Shown: positions 62,301 through 64,000 of the stretch, piece after piece | Position numbering within the stretch: position 1 is the first letter of the stretch | Layout: each line of letters opens with the position of its first letter | Position numbers and translations under genes: made by a program | From: Bilabrum cf. latius | Taxonomy: Eukaryota | Length of the DNA: 64,000 nucleotides | Direction: 5' to 3' | NCBI GenBank assembly: GCA_965178125.1 | Contig: OZ237760.1 | Span: forward strand, 372,001 to 436,000 | The notes under the pieces: model-generated | What the model was told of the DNA's origin: nothing | Database searches by the model: none | The model's input: only the letters and a program-made list of their open reading frames with translations

Positions 62301-64000
62301 GTCTTTTTTGACTTTTTTCTGAAAACTCGCTTCGGCTTCGGCTTGCCCTAAGCAGAGCCATTAGGAGCATCAGGAAATGGAGTGCCAACACCCGTCGACT
62401 GCCCGCCAGAGCTGCCCCAAACGTCCTGCGCTGCTGAGCTCCCTGATGCATCCCCAAAGCCAGCTGCCATAGGCGCCCCAAACGCATCCACACCTCCACC
62501 ACTGACACTGCCAGTCCCCGCACCCACACCCGCACCCGTCGACGGCTGCCCGCCCGAGCTGCCCCAAACGTCCTGCGCTGCCGAGCTGCCTGATGCATCC
62601 CCAAAGCCAGCTGCCATAGGCGCCCCAAACGCATCCACACCTCCACCACTGACACTGCCAGTCCCCGCGCCCGTCGACGGCTGCCCGCCCGAGCTGCCCC
62701 AAACGTTCTGCGCTGCCGAGCTGCCTGACGCATCCCCAAAGCCAGCTGCCATAGGCGCCCCAAACGCATCCACACCTCCACCACTGACACTGCCAGTCCC
62801 CGCACCCACACCCGCACCCGTCGACTGCTGCCCGCCCGAGCTGCCCCAAACGTCCTGCGCTGCCGAGCTGCCTGACGCATCCCCAAAGCCAGCTGCCATA
62901 GGCGCCCCAAACGCATCCACACCTCCACCACTGACACTGCCAGTCCCCGCGCCCGTCGACTGCCCGCCCGAGCTGCCCCAAACGTCCTGCGCTGCCGAGC
63001 TGCCTGACGCATCCCCAAAGCCAGCTGCCATAGGCGCCCCAAACGCATCCACACCTCCACCACTGACACTGCCAGTCCCCGCACCCGCACCGGCACTCAC
63101 ACCCGCACCCGTCGACGGCTGCCCGCCAGAGCTGCCCCAAACGTCCTGCGCTGCCGAGCTGCCTGACGCATCCCCGAAGCCAGCTGCCATAGACGCCCCA
63201 AACGCATCCACACCTCCACCACTGACACTGCCAGTCCCCGCGCCCGCACCCGCGCCCGTCGACTGCTGCCCGCCAGAGCTGCCCCAAACGTCCTGCGCTG
63301 CCGAGCTGCCTGACGCATCCCCGAAGCCAGCTGCCATAGACGCCCCAAACCCATCCGCACCCCCACCACTGACACTGCCAGTCCCCGCACCCGCACCCGC
63401 ACCCGTCGACTGCTGCCCGCCCGAGCTGCCCCAAACGTCCTGCGCTGCCGAGCTGCCTGACGCATCCCCAAAGCCAGCTGCCATAGGCGCCCCAAACGCA
63501 TCCACACCTCCACCACTGACACTGCCAGTCCCCGCACCCACACCCGCACCCGTCGACGGCTGCCCGCCCGAGCTGCCCCAAACGTCCTGCGCTGCCGAGC
63601 TGCCTGACGCATCCCCAAAGCCAGCTGCCATAGGCGCCCCAAACGCATCCACACCTCCACCACTGACACTGCCAGTCCCCGCACCCACACCTGCACCCGT
63701 CGACTGCTGCCCGCCCGAGCTGCCCCAAACGTCCTGCGCTGCCGAGCTGCCTGACGCATCCCCAAAGCCAGCTGCCATAGACGCCCCAAACGCATCCACA
63801 CCTCCACCACTGACACTGCCAGTCCCCGCACCCGCACCGGCACTCACACCCGCACCCGTCGACGGCTGCCCGCCCGAGCTGCCCCAAACGTCCTGCGCTG
63901 CCGAGCTGCCTGACGCATCCCCGAAGCCAGCTGCCATAGACGCCCCAAACGCATCCACACCTCCACCACTGACACTGCCAGTCCCCGCGCCCGCACCCGC
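59372..64000 (-). CDS. Large TPR + C-terminal J-domain (DnaJ class C) protein with N-terminal tandem repeat; 5' end lies beyond the window
   Basis: J domain NHFEVIGV...IRKSYHKLALRLHPDKGG...FQRLQTAYSVL. TPR-like segments near 60200-60400 and 61870-62150. A single frame through ten TAG runs into the repeat array. Ends TGA 59372. Confidence 0.85.
62390..64000 (-). repeat. Coding tandem repeat, at least 11 units of 132-159 nt (44-53 aa)
   Basis: Unit DAFGA(S/P)MAAGFGDASGSSAAQDVWGSSGGQ(Q/P)STGAG(VGA)GTGSVSGGGV. Copies are near-identical and length variants are multiples of 3. The array runs off the window end. Confidence 0.95.

Noticed and set aside
2813-62350. Genes with in-frame stops are pseudogenes or sequencing errors
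   Set aside because: Interruptions are exclusively TAG apart from one Sec TGA. There are no frameshifts, they hit conserved Gln columns, and they occur in essential genes with intact motifs and splice sites.
62370-63887. Cys/Trp-rich repeat protein in an alternative frame, or a CRISPR array
   Set aside because: Only the Gly/Ser frame continues into the TPR/J gene, and other frames stay open simply because the unit is repeated. There are no unique spacers or cas genes.
1-64000. tRNA-Gln(CUA), other tRNA/rRNA genes, transposons or viral inserts
   Set aside because: No cloverleaf, rRNA, transposase, RT/integrase or capsid signature was recognised by eye. A tRNA scan is still needed for certainty.

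Overview
Gene-dense, GC-rich eukaryotic nuclear DNA. It is probably from a flagellated protist and looks stramenopile-like, though the taxon is inference only. I build 24 protein-coding gene models with short intergenic spacers and 18 inferred GT-AG introns, mostly about 90-150 nt, 15 of them ending in CGCAG. The main signal is a non-standard nuclear genetic code in which TAG is a sense codon for Gln while TAA and TGA still terminate. About 95 hand-counted in-frame TAGs occur in 20 of the 24 genes. Several fall on conserved Gln positions (MYB TRTVV-Q-IRTHAQKYF, MPP-alpha RAKN-Q-L, nitrilase GA-Q-LVVFPE, GH16 FDPS-Q-GFH) or inside poly-Q and (QG)n tracts. The supplied standard-code ORF track therefore fragments most genes. 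A selenophosphate synthetase also has an in-frame TGA (Sec) and a highly structured 3' region. Other highlights are a 3-nt micro-exon in a GH78 gene, a transglutaminase/EF-hand/Cys-rich fusion, a GH16 with its acid/base Glu replaced, a PAN domain inserted in a GH32, and a TPR/J-domain protein with a long DAFG/DVWG tandem repeat. All models were built by eye, so starts and splice sites need RNA support.
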